A stretch of DNA of 64,000 nt. Source: the human T2T-CHM13v2.0 reference genome, Homo sapiens. This document shows positions 14,170 to 27,280 of the stretch, in pieces; the first letter of the stretch is position 1; every line of letters starts with the position of its first letter. A program made the position numbers and the translations under genes. The DNA is taken from NCBI RefSeq assembly GCF_009914755.1, contig NC_060932.1. One strand, 5' to 3'. A model generated the notes under the pieces. That model was not told the DNA's origin and ran no database searches. It saw nothing but the letters and a program-made list of their open reading frames with translations.

Positions 14170-15180
14170 TGTGTTACTGTTATATAAGTCCTGTGAGATT
14201 TATGCTTTAAGAAGGCTCTATTTCATTATATTTGGAGGATTTTCTTCAAGATTTAGAGTTCCTTTTAGCAGTTCTTATAGTGCTGGCTTGGCAGTGGCAA
14301 ATTCTCTAAGCATTTGTCTGGAAAAGACTTTATCTTTCCTTCATTTATGAAGCTTAGTTTTGCTGGATACAAAATTCTTGGCTGATAATTGTTTTGTTTA
14401 AGGAGGCTAAAAATAGGAAGGATCCCAGTCCCATCTAGCTTGTAGGGTTTCTGCTGAGAAATCTGCTGTTAATCTGATAGGTTTTCCTTTATAGGTTACC
14501 TGTTGCTTTTGCCTCCCAGCTCTTAAGATTCTTTCCTTTGTCTTGACTTTAGATAACCTTATGACTATGTGCCTAGGCAATGATCTTTTTGTGATGAATT
14601 TCCCAGGTGTTCTTTGAGCTTCTTGTATTGGGATGTCTAGATCTCTAGCAAGGCCGGGGACGTTTTCCTCAATTATGCCCTCCAATGTTTTCCAAACTTT
14701 TACATTTCTCTTCTTTCTTGGGAACACCAATTATTCCTAGGTTTGGACATTTAACATAGTCCCACACTTCTTGGAGCCTTTATTTTTTTTTAATTCTTTT
14801 TTCTTTGTGTCTGATGGACTGGGTTAATTCAGAAGCCTTGTCTTCAAGCTCTGAAGTTCTTTCTTCTGCTTAATTCTATCGCTGAGACTTTCCAGTGCAT
14901 TTTGCATTTCTCTAAGTGTGTCCTCGATTTTCAGAAGTTGTGATTGTTTTTTATTTATGCTATTTCACTGAAGAATGTTCATTTCATATACTGTATCACA
15001 TTTTTTATTTCTTTTAGTTGGACTTCACCTTTCTCTGGTACCTCCTTGATTAACTTAATAATTGACCTTCTGAATTATTTTTCTGGCAATTCAGAGATTT
15101 TGTCTTGGTTTAGATCCATTGCTGGTGAGCTAGTATGACCTTTTAGGGGTGTTAAAGAACCTTGTTTTGTCATTTTTCCA
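14170..15180 (-). pseudogene. Disrupted L1 ORF1 (RNA-binding protein)
   Basis: Track ORF 14407-14730 encodes IQEAQRTPGKF...RHIVIRLSKVKTKERILRA...KGKPIRLTADFSAETLQAR, typical of L1 ORF1p; frameshifted; ends approximate. Confidence 0.85.
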
Positions 15181-16992
15181 GAATTATTCTTTCTGGTTCC
15201 TTCTCATTTGGGTAGACTATGTCAGAGGGAAGATCTGGGAATCAAGACCTGCTCTTCAGATTCTTTTGTCCCACAGGTGCTCCTTTGATGTGGAGTTCTC
15301 CCCATTCCCTTAGGAATGGGACTCTCTGAGAGCCAATCTGTAGTTATCGTTTTTGGTCTTCTGGGTCTAGCCACCCAGTAGAGCTACTGGACCCCAGGCT
15401 GGTACTGTGGATTGTCTGCAAAGGGTCCTGTGATGTAATCCATCTTCAGGTCTTGAAGCCATGAATACCAGCACCTGCCCCAGTGGAGGTAGCAAGGCAA
15501 TGAAGTGGACCCTGTGAGGGTCCTTGGTTGTGTTTTTGTTTAGTGCACTAGTTTTGTGTTTGTTGGCCTCCAGCCAAGAGGTGGCACTTTCAATAGAGCA
15601 TCAGCTGCCATCCTATAGCAGGGAGGCAAACTTGCCCTAGGGATACCTGGCTAAGTGTTCAGGTTTCTCAGGTGGTGGGCAGGGCCATAGAGCTCCCAAG
15701 AGATTATGACCTTTGTCTTGGGCTACCAGGGAGGGTAGAGAAAGACCGCCAGGTGGGGGCAGGGATAGGCATGTCTAAGTTCAGCCTCTCCTTGGGTGGG
15801 GTTTGCTGAGGCTGCTGTGGGGGATAGGGGTGTGGTTCCCAGGCCAATGGAGTTATATTCCCAGGGGGATTATGGCTGCCTCTGCTGAGTCATACAGGTC
15901 ACCACAGAAGTTGGGGAAAGCTGGCAGTCACAGGCCTCACCCCACTCCCAAGCAGCCTCCAGTCCCAAAGGCCAGGTCTCACTCCCACCATGCCCCCACA
16001 ACAGTACCGAGTCCATTTCCAGGCAGCCAGTGAACAGGGCTAAGAACTTGCCCCGGACCATGAACCTCCACATTGAGGAAGCAAGCAGACTCACAGTTTT
16101 TCGGCATCTCAGGGAGCCTGCAGTGGTGATCCAGTTCCTTCAAAGGGTCTGTGGATTATCTCAGCTTTCCTGGTATGTTCCTGCAGTAGTTCTTGAAGCA
16201 AAAGTCTATGATGTGAGTCTTCACATGCTGCTCTGTCCGTTCAAGTGGCAGCTGCAAGCTAGTCCTACCTCCTATCCGCCATCTTAATCCATTGTGATTA
16301 AATCTATTACAAGCCTCTTATGGGTAATAACACAGAAATTGGCTATCTGAATGGTGAAAAATCTAATCCAATCACAACAGAAAAAAATAATAATTAACAA
16401 CATGGCTGCATCTAAGTACATTTGAAATTACCTAATATAAACTTTCTAAACTTGAAATATCATTTCCTGGAATTTTTTTACTTTCCTTATTTTGTTTTTA
16501 GTGGGAAGGGGTATGGATTGTAAATGAACTTACAGCAAGCAAATGAATAGGGAAAAGTTTTTACCTTCAGTTTCAGCATCATACTTTATCTTTCACCATT
16601 CCCAGGGTATAAATATGAAGAAAATATACCCATAACATAAATTATAATAAACAATATAATTCCATATATGCAAATTAGTTAATAAATGGTTCTTACTGAA
16701 GCAATTTCTAAGCAATACTCTATAACCTATAACTATAGCTTTAAATTGTTAATCGGGTGATGAAAAACTGTTGGATCTTTCATTCAAAAAGTCTGCAGTC
16801 TTTCTAAGACAGAAAGTTTCTTCAAGAGCAGAGATGCTCAATGTCCAGGCATCAGAAACACCTTGGGTGGTAACATTAGATCCACTATTTTCCAGGTTTG
16901 ATTTATTTCAGGGAAATTAAAACAGAATTAGTCAATACCTTCCCACCAGCGTACACTAAGGAAGGTTTAAAATCACTCAAATAGTTTTAAGA

Positions 16993-17170
16993 CAGTGGTT
17001 CTTAACTTTGGCTGCACCTCAGAGTTAATGGAGAAACTCTGAAAATCACTGATGCTTAGGTCCCACCCTAGAGATTCTGTGTAGTTGATCTTGAGGGCAG
17101 CCTGCGCATCAAGAGTTTTAAAGACTCCACCACCAACCCTGCTGTGCTCCTAACGTCAAGCACCACAGCC
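16993..17170. mobile_element. hAT-Charlie MITE, MER5A1-like
   Basis: CAGTGGTTCTTAAC terminus, CCCACCCTAGAGATTCTG core. Confidence 0.7.
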
Positions 17171-17872
17171 TCAGAAAACACCATCCACATTAAGCCAGGG
17201 GGAGAGTTACATAAACAAAGACATGCAATTCATCCCGTGTCACTAGCTATTCATGCCCACTGCTTTTTGGCTGAACTAAGGGGAACCAGGAGGTAGGAAA
17301 GTCTGGAAGTGAAATTGATAAACAAAGAACAAATCCAGAAACCATGAACCAAAGCCAGAAAAGCTACCACCACAGCCCAGAGGCCAGCACTTTGTTGGGA
17401 CTGTCCTGGCAGAAAGCAAAGGTGCTCTATTAGAGGGCCTGGGAACTAAGCTCCCGGGGATGCAGTGTATACCTATGGATTTAGGAGGGTCAGAAGCCCT
17501 TAAAGGGCAAGAACTCTGCTCATCTGCTTGCTCTCTCTGCTCAAGAGGAGCCCCACATGGGAGACAGATTCCTGTAGTGAGATCAGGTGACTGCAATGAA
17601 AGCAATAAATGGGAAATTCTGGAAACTGATGACCAGCGTGTTTGTTTATATTTTGCCCCTGGAACAGGGAGACCTTTGAATGTCTCCTCTGCTCAGAGCG
17701 TCTGTTTTCCACATGTCCCAACACTGAAAAAAGGGAAAAAGAAAAAACAAAATGGACTTTTTTTGGGATGCAAAGCCTATTGGTCAAACATCCCCTTTGC
17801 CTGGTGCCAGACATTTACCTTTCATGTAGTCATAGCAGTTTGGCATGAAAAACATTGGCCTATAAAGATGAC

Positions 17873-17958
17873 TTTTTTTTTTTTTTTTTTGAGACAGAGT
17901 CTCGCTCTGTCACCCAGGTTGGAGTGCAGTGGCGCGATCTCAGCTCACTGTAAGCTCC
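17873..17958 (-). mobile_element. 5'-truncated Alu (last ~70 bp plus tail)
   Basis: Poly-T then GAGACAGAGTCTCGCTCTGTCACCCAGG...CTCACTGTAAGCTCC, ending abruptly. Confidence 0.9.
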
Positions 17959-20475
17959 AGGTGACCTTGTTGGAATAATTTTGCCATTATCTTTTCCATG
18001 TTTTCCAGCCCCGCACTAAGTTAATTTAAAATAAATGACCACTTCAGTGTCTGTGCCATGTAAGATGGGGAGTAATTTCAAGGGAAAGATGCTTAACAGA
18101 GCAGTGAAATATACACTGACTGACACCTGTTCTACACAAAAATTCTGAGGCTTTATACAAATGTATCATTAAGTTGCAAATATTTGTTGAGAGCTGAGTT
18201 TTTGCTCCGTAAACAATCCCAGCTTATGAAGACCTTTGAGAATTGTCTTGATTTCAAAACGCATTTCATGATCTGTAAAGGGCAGGAAAAAAATGCAGAA
18301 AACCACTACAAATAATAATTCCCATGTTCAACATGGGGAAGTAACAATGTATTGGTAATCATTAGGCTTTGTGTTTATCTAGATTCTCTCCAAGGAGGGT
18401 GTATGAATCTGCAACAAAGTAGAGAATCATCTGGAAAACACAGTGGCTCTCTAAGTTAGCTCTCTGAACAAATGTGGGAGAGGCGGGGGATTTCTGTGTG
18501 TGTGCTTACACATCCCTCCTCCAACTGTTTGCTCGCTTTTCTCTTTTCCAATTTTTCTAGACATCGGCTGTTAGGCCCCAGTGCCAGCTAAATTTGGCAA
18601 GGATGGCATTTTTTTATTTCCACTTTCTTTTCCTAACTTATTTCTTTCATGTAGCAAATATGCATTGACTGCCATTACTGTCAGTGAAAATCTCAGAATA
18701 ACCTCTGATTGAGTTCATACAGTGACTTTGGAACCAGAAATGAGCCAAAGATCTCATTGTTGGGCCTGCTTCTGACCCCTTTAAGATTCTGCGAGCCATT
18801 AGGTCCCCAAAGTGCCAATTCTTTCATTTACTCTAAATGGCCACATCTCTCAGGCAATCTGGGTTAGCTGAATGCAAACCAATGCAGCATCACTTTTCAT
18901 TGCTTTCACCTGTTTGGTTTTTGTCATTTCTTCCTTTGTAACATCAGTAAAATCTGTCCTTGTTTCCACATTCAATTGTACAGCTCCAGTTGGTAAGGTA
19001 GGTAGACCTATACTTACCTAGACATGTGAGAGGCCTGAGCAATGAATAATTGGGTGACCCTACAGACCAATACTCTTTAAAGATTTGCTCAACATTTATT
19101 TCATGAAAGCAGAGAGAAACTGATTTTATATTAATAAAATTGTATTCTTTTCTATTTTCAGTCATGTGGGATTCATTACTAAGGTCTTCAGAATAAAAAA
19201 AAAATGTTTTGTAAGCAAATTGAACAATGTAAAGATGTAGACAATAAATCCCTCTAAAATAAATTACTGAGACCCACTAAACAGTAGCATGTCATATATT
19301 ATTGAATTTCAAAATAAGTTGCAAACACCAGCTTCTCACAACTGTCAACAAGAGCTGGTCTCAGGGTTAATGGAACAGACAGAACATGTAACTTGTACAT
19401 ACATGCATGTTGAAAGATACTCAAAGATGGCAGTCAAGGGCAAATCTTTAATTTCTACTGTACAGCAGGACCTACTTTAGTGGGAGCAGAATCGATTTAC
19501 ATTTGGCCAGTATGGAAGTCATCACATGGAAACCTGAGTTAGTCTGTACTATATTTCTAGGAGGGTTTACAGATTGACATCTGGGAAGCTCCCTACCCCG
19601 CCACTCCCTAAAGCTAGTTCTGTTCCCAGTCTAGGGCCTGCCCATCTAACATGAGGACTGCTACTGATTTTTCATCATTTACTTCTATGAATGAATAGGA
19701 GTTCCTGCTTCCATTTTCTCTCCCTTCAAATAAGTCCCATTTAATCTGGTTTACCTTGTCCTGGTTGCCATTCAGTCACTAAACCCAAAATAGGCTTTCC
19801 TGTGCTTCATACAGTTTGTGAAGAAGTGATGAAGAAAACACAGGCTCCCTGAATTAATACAGCTGCCATATCTATGGGATGTTTCTATGAGTGTACAGTC
19901 TGGACTCCCAGAGTTACAATGGAAATTGGCAACCTGTAAATGCCACTTCTGCAGGGCTGCATTGCGCCCCCTCCAGGGATAGTGAGAGGTCCTCACCACT
20001 GCAAGGCTTTCTTTTTTTTTCAGTGAAAGCCTGTGTGGCTAGTTCCCTGTACTCCGAAGTGAAAAGATAATTAAGCTGATGAGACAATAATTTCATCCAT
20101 CATATGTATCTTGGGAGGAGAAGAAATGAACTCTTCCCTTTAAAAATGAGGTAAATCCATTAAAAGCCTCTCTGTGATGAGCCTACTTAGAAACAGGTCA
20201 CTTGCCTTGAAAGCACACGTGAAAATTGTGCTGCATGAATACCCAAGATCGTGCACACTGGCCAGAACAGCAAGAAGAGAACTGAGACCTAATCCTGCCT
20301 CTGACAGCTGACTGATCACCCATGGGCAGGCGCTCAGTCTCCTTGAGTCTGTTTCCTCATTTGTAACATAAGAAGAAGAATCTCTGTCAATTTCAGTATC
20401 TTTGAGATGCTTGGTTTAGGGGGAAATATATATATCATAAGCCAACTCTGTTTTCTATAACCTCCCTTATTTCAG

Positions 20476-20486
20476 ATGGGACATCG
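20476..20486 (+). other. Candidate 11-nt microexon
   Basis: CTGTTTTCTATAACCTCCCTTATTTCAG|ATGGGACATCG|GTAAGT: pyrimidine-rich acceptor and consensus donor 11 nt apart; no transcript evidence. Confidence 0.3.
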
Positions 20487-21372
20487 GTAAGTGAACTAAG
20501 TTAATTCTTTTTCAATTAATCACTCCAGGAAAAATGATGTACCTTTAACGCAAAGAGAAACTCCAAAGCTGGTGGTTTTATTGAAAAGAAAAAAAAAGTT
20601 TTTACAATATTGAAAAACCTTTGCAAAAAAACAGTGATGATGGCTTAACTTTCTTGTTTGTTGATTTATCATCTCTACCCAATTCACTGTCATCTCCCTT
20701 TTTAAAGGAAGTTCTGAGGCTGCCCAAATGTGAATTGGGTAAAGAACCCCTTTTCTATCTTTTCTTCTCAATTTACTTCCCGATTGACTCAGGCATAGGC
20801 TTCACTCCCCAGCCCACTCCCAATGCTGAGACACCCCTTATGCCAAGAGCCTTCCTTCTCTCCTGCCTCCCCTTCCCCACCTCTCTGTGGTTTAGGGAAG
20901 GATAGGGTGCCATGCAGCATGGTTCCATCAAGCCATGCCCACCTCTGCCCACCTCCCTCCCTCCCAGCTCCCCTCATCACACTCCAAAGGGAAGGTGGAT
21001 CTTCTAGCCTGATTAGTTCGGCCAGAAGACATTCACTGGGCCATGCTTATTATTTGGATGAGGGAAGGGGGCATTCAATGCCTTAAAAGCAGAAGCCCTT
21101 AGCCTCCCTTGTTCCCCTCTCTGTTAGGTCCTACTTCTGGCCTTCATGTGCTCATGAAGCCTAGGAGGGCCTGGCCCTGCAGGACACACTAGCCAGCCTC
21201 ACTCTCTTCAAGACCAAGAGGCTGAGTAGACAAGGAGGCTCTGGGGCCCAACAAGGCCCAGGAGTCATTCTCTCACTGTGTGTGTCCCCACCTGTCCTTC
21301 TCTGTCCCTGCCACACTCCCACCTACCTGCCCCTAAACATCCCCTAGGGCCCTTCTGTACTTCTCTCTCTAT

Positions 21373-21680
21373 GGAGAAGCAGTTTAGCAAAGTAGTTATG
21401 AGATCAGGCTCTGGGCTGGGACTTGACTTGACTCATGCCTGTAATCCCAGCATTTTGGGAGGCCAAGGTTGTTGGATCACTTAAACCCAGGAGTTTGAGA
21501 CCAGCCCGAGCAACATAGTGAGACTCCTGCTTCTGGCTCTACCACTTACCAGTTTTATGAGCTTGACAATATATTCCTCGAGCCTCAGTTTTCTCATCTG
21601 GAAAACTGGCACCTGGGTCATTGTTTCTGCTCCATTTAGAACAATGTCTGGCACATAATAGTCCACAAGTGTTAGCTTGT
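21373..21680 (+). mobile_element. MIR interrupted by a tailless FLAM / Alu left monomer (21414-21527)
   Basis: MIR 5' part (GCAGTTTAGCAAAGTAGTTATGAG...GGCTCTGG) and core (GAGCCTCAGTTTTCTCATCTG) flank CTCATGCCTGTAATCCCAGC...GAGACCAGCCCGAGCAACATAGTGAGACTCC. Confidence 0.8.
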
Positions 21681-21706
21681 ATTCTCATCAGCACTGCTCC
21701 TATCAT

Positions 21707-21838
21707 AGGAAAGAAAGAAAGAAAGAGAAAGAGAGAGAGAAAGAAAGAAATAAAGAGAAAGAAAGAAAGAAAGAAAGAAAGAGAAAGAGAGAGAAAGAGA
21801 GAGAGAAAGAAATAAAGAGAAAGAAAGAAAGAAAGAAA

Positions 21839-21906
<68 letters not shown>

Positions 21907-21913
21907 AAAAAGA
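21707..21913. repeat. Compound (GAAA)n/(GA)n purine microsatellite, ~205 bp
   Basis: Almost purely A/G, with a long perfect (AAAG)n run at about 21840-21906. Confidence 0.97.
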
Positions 21914-22024
21914 TGGGGTCTCACTCTATTGCCCAGGCTGGTCTTGAACTTCTGGCCTCAAGTGATCTGCCTACCTCAGCCTCCCAAAGTGCTGGGATTA
22001 CAGGCATGAGTCACTGCACCCAGC
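21911..22024 (-). mobile_element. FLAM (free left Alu monomer)
   Basis: AGATGGGGTCTCACTCTATTGCCCAGGCTGGTCTTGAAC...CACTGCACCCAGC; TSD TCCTATCAT at 21698-21706 and 22026-22034. Confidence 0.88.
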
Positions 22025-22627
22025 TTCCTATCATTCTTTTTGAGTCCATGTGGCTGGGTAGGAAAGATGGCTCAGGGCCCCAGAAGAGCAGCATCCCCCA
22101 CCTTCCTTTTCTACAGCACCCTTACATGCAGATTTAACTTGGTGATAGGTTAAACCAGGGCCTGTTTGCAGACCAACTGGCAGCCTCTTTCTCTCCTAAA
22201 TGTCCTTCCTCCACACCACAGGCAGAGGGTAGTGTGAACCACGGTCTGAAATGGGGGTCACTAAAAGATATCCCCCATATAGGCTCTGAGCCAAAACTGC
22301 ATGATCTAACCCAGACTTTACCAGTTTTCTGCTGGGCTTCGGCTGGCACACTTATTATAAAGAGGTCCTTTATTCTCATTCTGCTATTGTTTTCCCAGAC
22401 ACTCTCCAGGTGACAGGAAAAGCGTTGTTACTGGGAGCCAGAATGGGGGCCTTCATGGGAATCTGGTCATAAAATTATCAATAAAGCAGCAAATCCACAC
22501 CTTTATCTGTCATAAGCCAGGCACATACACAGGAACTCTTTTAGATACTGGGGGCACAAAGACCAATCGGGCTTATCATCCCTGACTTTGGGGAGCTGAT
22601 AGTCTAACAGGTAAGATTATTTCTCGG

Positions 22628-22810
22628 CAGAGTGGTTCTCAAATGTTAATGAAAACCAGAATCCCCTGGAGGTCTTGTTAAGTTACAGATTTCAGGGCTC
22701 CAACTTCACCCTTTCTGATTCAGCAGGTTTTGGTGCTGAGAATTTGCATTTCTGACAGCTTCCAGGAAAGAATGATATTGCTGGGATGGAAACCACAGTC
22801 AGACCCACTG
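22628..22810. mobile_element. MER5A hAT-Charlie MITE
   Basis: AGTGGTTCTCAAA...CAGAATCCCCTGGAGG...GAGAATTTGCATTTCT...CCCACTG. Confidence 0.8.
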
Positions 22811-23099
22811 CTTCACTGTGCTCTGAGCAAGCACAGAATGTCTGGGATTCTATGGTGCTACAGATTTTTACCTCTAAACTACAGGGCTGTGGGTCCACAC
22901 CCAAATTATCCAGGGGCTAGGGAATATTTCCTGGAGTACACAAACCTGCACCGGATCCTAAAGGATATGTACGGATTAAGCCTGGAGTGGCTTTTGGGCC
23001 AGGTGCTCAGCCAAGTGATCTGGGCATAGGGATTATCATCATTAGAATGACTTGGAATATTAGAGTGCAGCTTCAACAGCCTTTAAGAAAGCCGAAGTC

Positions 23100-23952
23100 A
23101 ATAAAACAAACAACCCCATCAAAAAGTGGGCAAAGGATAGCAACAGACACTTCTCAAAAGAAGACATTTATGCAGCCAAAAGACACATGAAAAAAGCTCA
23201 TCATCACTGGCCATCAGAGAAACGCAAATCAAAACCACAATGAGATACCATCTCACACCAGTTAGAATGGCTATCATTAAAAAGTCAGGAAACAACAGGT
23301 GCTGGAGAGGATGTGGAGAAATAGGAACACTTACACTGTTGGTGGGACTGTAAACTAGTTCAACCATTGTGGAAGTCAGTGTGGCGATTCCTCAGAGATC
23401 TAGAACTAGAAATACCATTTGACCCAGCCATCCCATTACTGAGTATATACCCAAAGGACTATAAATCATGCTGCTATAAGGACACATGCACACGTATGTT
23501 TATTGTGGCACTATTCACAATAGCAAAGACTTGGAACCCAAATGTCCACCAATGATAGACTGGGTTAAGAAAATGTGGCACATATACATCACGGAATACT
23601 ATGCAGCCATAAAAAATGATGAGTTCATGTCCTTTATAAGGACATGGATGAAGCTGGAAACCATCATTTTCAGCAAACTATCGCAAGGACAAAAAACCAA
23701 ACACCGCATGTTCTCACTCATAGTTGGGAATTGAACAATGAGAACACATGGACACAGGAAGGGGAACATCACACACCGGGGCCTGTTGTGGGGTGGGGGG
23801 AGGGGGGAGGGATATCATTTGGAGATATACTTAATGTTAAATGACGAGTTACTGGGTGCAGCACACCAACATGGCACATGTATACATATGTAACAAACCT
23901 GCACGTTGTGCACATGTACCCTAAAACTTAAAGTATAATAATAAAAAAAAAA
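23100..23952 (+). mobile_element. 5'-truncated L1PA (L1PA3/4-like), ~850 bp
   Basis: ORF2 C-terminal fragments, G-rich 3'UTR, AAAGTATAATAATAAAAAAA tail; TSD AAGAAAGCC(G/A)AAGTC at 23085-23099 and 23953-23967. Confidence 0.95.
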
Positions 23953-24477
23953 AAGAAAGCCAAAGTCCAATGCTGATTGTGCCATGACAGGCCCCAGAAA
24001 CAACAAAGGAGATTTAGCTACTCATGAGTGTTTTGTGCCCTCCAGCATCCCAAGGGCCCCTGGTCCATACAGACCCTGACCAAGCCAGGGAATAAACCAG
24101 CAATTAGATCAAGAACAGATGAGGCAATCAGGGGAGAAAATGGTCAAGGGAAATAAAAAGTGGAAGATTAGAAGGAAATATCAATAAAGCCAAAGTTGTG
24201 AGACAAATCGTGGGAATTTCAGTAGACCTGACATGCAGAGGAGATCCAGTTTAGGGGAATAAGCGTAGCCTTTGAAATAGCATAGATCTGAGTTTAAATA
24301 GCAGAAGTAACTAGAAAATAGTTAGTGCACAGTGACAGTTGTTGGATTAATTGGTATATGAAAGTATTTTCATATCTTATGAATTCAGTGGCCTTGGGAG
24401 AACAATGTACCTACCCTTTAGGGAGGTGGTAGATACCATCTAGAAAAGATGGTCTTTGATAAGCTTTTGGGCTCTAA

Positions 24478-25035
<558 letters not shown>

Positions 25036-25547
25036 ATGTCAGATTTTGAAGAAAGCAAGATTCCACACAACTTCCTTTAGATACCAAAAATGAAATTTTG
25101 AAGTCTGGGGAGTTTTACTTTGAACCACAGTAAGCTAGAAATCACTCTAAGAAGAATTTCAAGCTCTATTAGAGAGGTTTTTAGTGTGCAGAGAGAAAAC
25201 AAGAACAAGGAGAAACAAGAAGTCAGACACATCTTAGTCACTTCCCCACTCCCAGCACTGCTATCATCACCATACCCAAAAACCACCAGGCAAAAATCCC
25301 AGGGCAGGGAGAGGGCCTTGCTGATTGTAGTAGAAACATGCAGACACACATGGAAAAACCAGAGGGCACCAGGACCAGCGGCCAGATTTCATGACACAGT
25401 TGGGTGGGGGCTGCTGCATGCTTCTCCAGAAGCCCCAGGTCCTGCACAGCATCACACCCAGTTTGGCACACTTGCAGATGTGCACCTTGGCAGAGGGAGG
25501 AGCAGATGTGGCACCTGGAAAAGAGGTCACCTTCTCTGACCTTCTGA

Positions 25548-25866
<319 letters not shown>

Positions 25867-26184
25867 CTAACTCCAGTTTTCTTCCCACTCTTGGCTCCAT
25901 TCTGCACCACACTGGGGGTCACCCAAATGTCCACAGACTCACTAAACTGTTGCTCCCTGGCCATCCTTGGGCCCAGATAGATATACAGTGGTAGCCCGGG
26001 AGATGGCATGCAAGGTTCTGGATGCAGCCTCAGGGACGTTTACACAGGAATTTCAGAGTCCTGACTGCCCGAAGGGTGGTCTAAGAAAAGAGCACAAACT
26101 CCTGGCCCCGTGGACTCCTCACTAGAAGGAAGGCGTGCAGCCAGAGGAACAGATAAGGAATGGCCTCCAATGTGCAGGGCCCAG

Positions 26185-26240
26185 GGCTGCACTCAGTTGG
26201 CTGGACTCAGTTGGCTGCACTCAGTTGGCTGCACTCAGTC
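26185..26240. repeat. 14-bp minisatellite, 4 copies
   Basis: GGCTGCACTCAGTT x4 with two substitutions in total. Confidence 0.93.
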
Positions 26241-26837
26241 GCCTCGGGGCAATACAGAGAAAAGTCTAGACAGACAGCCTGAGCTGGCACTGGTGGTTTC
26301 TCATGACTGGTGCACTATATTCAGACAGTCTAGAAGTTCCCATGTGCCCTGGTTGGGGACACAGAGGTGGAGGGAGGAATGAGGACTAAGGAGGCCTGAG
26401 ATGAGGAAGGCAAGCCCATCAAGAGCAGGAACCTTGAGACTGGAGACAAAAGCAAGGTCCAAGGTCAGCGACTGCTGATCCCAGCATGGGACCCAAAGCC
26501 AGACAGGACCAGTGACACCAACAGTGAAATCAAGAAGGACAGAGCTGGTATACTCAGTCAAGCAGGCCAAGACCCTTCCATTAAAGCCAGCAAGGATCTA
26601 GAAAACACAAGCCGAAGAACTGCACGCCCATACACTGGGAGCCAGCCCGGAATGAAAAAGGGGGAAGGAAAGAAATTTTGAAAATTCAAGCATTTCTGTG
26701 GAAGGCAATGAGCTAACTTGAAAAAGGCAGTTTAAACTGGGAAAGACAGAGAAGTCATCATCTCATCAACTGGGAAGCGGATGTACATACCCCTTTTGCC
26801 TGGCAGGGTGGGTCCCAAGAGCGAGGTCAGTTTCCAG

Positions 26838-27030
26838 TAGAGTTTCCCAACCTTTTTCACATGGTAGCACAGATGGAAAATGATAATACCTGTATAGAGC
26901 ATAAAGGAAAGCAGTCAAGACAACTGGCTAGGGACTCCCAACCCTACCCAGGTTCCAAGAGGCAGAGGACATCAAGGTCTCTGCACCCCTGCAACTCAAT
27001 TGCACCCCTGTGCCACAGAACATCAGTGAG
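26838..27030. mobile_element. hAT-Charlie MITE (Charlie4z-like)
   Basis: GTTTCCCAACCTTTTTCACAT...GCACAGATGGAAAATGATAATA matches my recall of the family terminus. Confidence 0.55.
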
Positions 27031-27149
27031 GGGGCCTGAGTTACAGAAAACAAAGAACCTACATATTCCTCTGCACATACAAGTAATCGCTTGTAAACTT
27101 ATAGACCCCAACTACAGGATGGATGAATGAATGAATGAAGAAATGAATC

Positions 27150-27280
27150 CATACCTTATCACTTCTGACTGAGTAACTTCTGTCAAGTTACTTAACTTCC
27201 TAGTTTCTCTGGGAAGAGTACAGATAATAATACCTGCCTTGAAAACTAATTTGTGAGGATTAAATGAGGCAATGTTAGCT
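27150..27280 (+). mobile_element. MIR fragment
   Basis: CAAGTTACTTAAC...GATAATAATACCTGCC...TGTGAGGATTAAATGAG core. Confidence 0.7.

Larger units (their letters stand above)
10083..16289 (-). mobile_element. Full-length LINE-1, L1PB1-like, inactive
   Basis: 5' end reads AAGATGGCGGATAGGAGGTAGGACTAGC on the minus strand; L1PB-type 3'UTR and poly-A at about 10083-10110; ORF1 and ORF2 fragments in the track; 16-bp TSD CACTGTAATTAAATCT (10067-10082) / CATTGTGATTAAATCT (16290-16305). Confidence 0.93.

Noticed and set aside
17460-17978. 172-aa plus-strand ORF
   Set aside because: No recognisable domain; it runs through poly-T into an Alu fragment.
21677-22009. K/E/R-rich ORF
   Set aside because: Translation of the (GAAA)n microsatellite plus FLAM.
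23788-23811. G-quadruplex-like G runs
   Set aside because: Standard feature of the L1PA 3'UTR, not specific to this locus.
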